Origin: an uncultured Chthonomonadaceae bacterium
GTDB lineage: Bacteria; Armatimonadota; Chthonomonadetes; Chthonomonadales; Chthonomonadaceae
Assembly (NCBI GenBank): GCA_963817895.1
Contig: CAWFQB010000003.1
Location: forward strand, 640,001 to 704,000
DNA: 64,000 nt
Reading direction: 5' to 3'
The position numbers and the translations under genes were made by a program. The notes under the pieces were generated by a model. That model worked only from the letters and a program-made list of their open reading frames with translations, was not told where the DNA came from and did not search any database. This document shows positions 62,287 to 64,000 of the stretch, one piece after another (positions within the stretch are counted from its first letter, which is position 1; each line of letters opens with the position of its first letter).

Positions 62287-64000
62287 TTGATTACACCCGA
62301 GATGGTGCGCGAAATGGGCTTGAACGAGCGCGAGTATCAGCAGGTACTCGACACGCTGGGGCGCGAACCGACGATTACGGAACTGGGCATGTTCAGCGTG
62401 ATGTGGTCGGAACACTGCGGCTACAAGTATTCCCGCCCCGTCCTCGCCCTGTTCAAGAACTACAAGGAAGCGCAGGAGACAGGGCGCGCTGGAAAACGCG
62501 GGCGTGATTCCGCTGGATGACAAGCTCGGCATCTGCTTCAAGATCGAATCGCACAACCACCCGTCTGCCGTGGAGCCGTTTCAGGGCGCGGCAACGGGCG
62601 TGGGCGGCATTTTGCGCGACATTTTCACGATGGGCGCGCGTCCCATCGCCAACCTCAACTCCCTCCGCTTCGGCCCCCTCGACGATCCCCGCAACCGCTA
62701 CCTGTTTGAACACGCCGTCGCCGGTATAGCCAATTATGGTAATTGCGTGGGCGTTCCCACGGTTGCGGGCGAAATCGCTTTTCATCCCTGCTACAGCGGC
62801 AATCCGCTTGTCAACGCCATGTCGGTCGGCGTCGTGGAACTGGGCAAGGTGGCGAGCGCGGCGGCAAAGGGCGTGGGCAACCCGGTCATTTATGTCGGCA
62901 GCAGCACGGGCAAGGACGGCATTCACGGCGCGACGTTCGCCAGCGTGGAACTCGGCCCGGACAGCGAAAGCAAGCGCCCGAATGTGCAGATGGGCGATCC
63001 GTTCATGGAAAAACTGCTCATCGAAGCCACTCTGGAAGCCCTCGATACCGGCTTTGTGGTCGGCATTCAGGACATGGGCGCGGCGGGACTGACCTGCTCG
63101 ACGTGCGAAACGGCCTCCAAAGCGGGCAACGGCATGGAAATAGACGTTCGCAAAGTTCCCCTGCGCGAAGCCGACATGACGCCGTATGAGATCATGCTGT
63201 CCGAGTCGCAGGAGCGCATGTTGTGCATCGCGCAGGCCGGAACCGAAAACCGCGTGATGGACGTGTTCAAAAAGTGGGGATTGAACGCGGCTGTCATCGG
63301 CTTTGTGACCGATGACAAAATGGTTCGCGTGAAAGACAACGGCGAAGTGGTTGCGGAAGTTCCCGCCAAAGCCCTCACCAACGAATGTCCCACCTACTAC
63401 CTCGAAACCGAAGAGCCGGACTACATCAAGCAGGTTCAGGCGTTTGATTTTTCCACCCTGCTGGAACCCGGTGTCGGACAGAATACGCAAACAAACGACG
63501 AGGAAAACGAGGAAGAAGTTTCTCCCGACACGTCCGACGCAGAATTGATACAGTTGCTTCGGGAATGTGTTAGCGGTTTGCCGGACGAATACCAACGGGT
63601 CATAGAATTGCGATGGTTCGACGATCATACTTATAATCAAATCGCAGGTATCACAGGTTTGGCAGTGCCGGAAGTCAAAACGCGACTGAAGCAGGCGCGT
63701 AATGCTTTGCGCCCGCGACTAGAAGCCCTTCCAGGGAAACAAATGGTCGCCGCACTTGCAGCGTTGCAAAGACAACAAAAACTACGCGATCAGAACGACA
63801 TTCCCTCGGATGCCCCGTTCACCTACCAAGAGGCTTTGATGTGCCTGCTTGACGCGCCCAATATCGCCAGCAAAAACTATGTGACCGAACAGTACGACAG
63901 CATGGTACAAACCTTGACGGTCGCTATGCCGGGTTCGGACGCGGCGATTTTGCGGATACGGGGCAGTCAAAAAGGGATTGCGGTCAAGATTGACGGGAAC
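62287..64000 (+). CDS. purL: Phosphoribosylformylglycinamidine synthase subunit PurL (small type) with an inserted sigma-70 region-4 domain; runs off the window end; one indel near 62480
   Basis: [46 protein letters not shown] and PNIASK..EQYD motifs from manual translation; the main frame is missing from the ORF track because it has no stop in the window. Confidence 0.95.

Noticed and set aside
5535..62520. Mass pseudogenisation suggested by frameshifts in ilvB, manA, smpB, ftsK, prfB (second site), purL and others
   Set aside because: Essential genes are hit by single-base indels while their motifs stay intact, which fits long-read consensus error better than gene decay.
63470..63820. PurL insert as an intein
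   Set aside because: No C/S start with terminal HN-C/S/T splice motifs and no Hint or LAGLIDADG blocks are visible; the sequence matches a sigma region-4 HTH instead.

Overview
Bacterial chromosomal window, most likely Armatimonadota (Chthonomonadales-like). This is an inference from the PEP-CTERM protein, the prepilin/DUF1559 H-X9-DG protein, the zf-HC2 anti-sigma/ECF operons and the T-box regulation. The backbone is housekeeping: a Leu T-box-controlled ilvB-ilvN-ilvC-leuA operon, manA, rpsF-ssb-rpsR, tRNA-Glu(CTC), smpB, ftsK, prfB (programmed +1 frameshift), hisB-hisH-hisA and purL. Many genes are split by single-base indels, most likely long-read assembly errors. Six things stand out. (1) PurL carries an in-frame inserted sigma-70 region-4 HTH domain. 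(2) About 16 intergenic hairpins are built from inverted tandem 6-8-mers whose unit differs from locus to locus, and they often bracket cargo genes inside core operons. (3) A structurally conserved GNA-triloop MITE/REPIN-like family has two long copies bracketing the ilv-leu operon. (4) An AT-richer island next to tRNA-Glu holds GNAT TA-like modules, a KhpA-like gene, a HEPN-motif protein and a cluster of perfect palindromes behind a consensus promoter. (5) A eukaryote-type UDP-galactopyranose mutase and an HtrA-like protein with a degenerate triad are present. (6) Three otherwise dissimilar proteins share a repeated LLR[A/P] C-terminal tail. All calls are by eye; no database searches were run.
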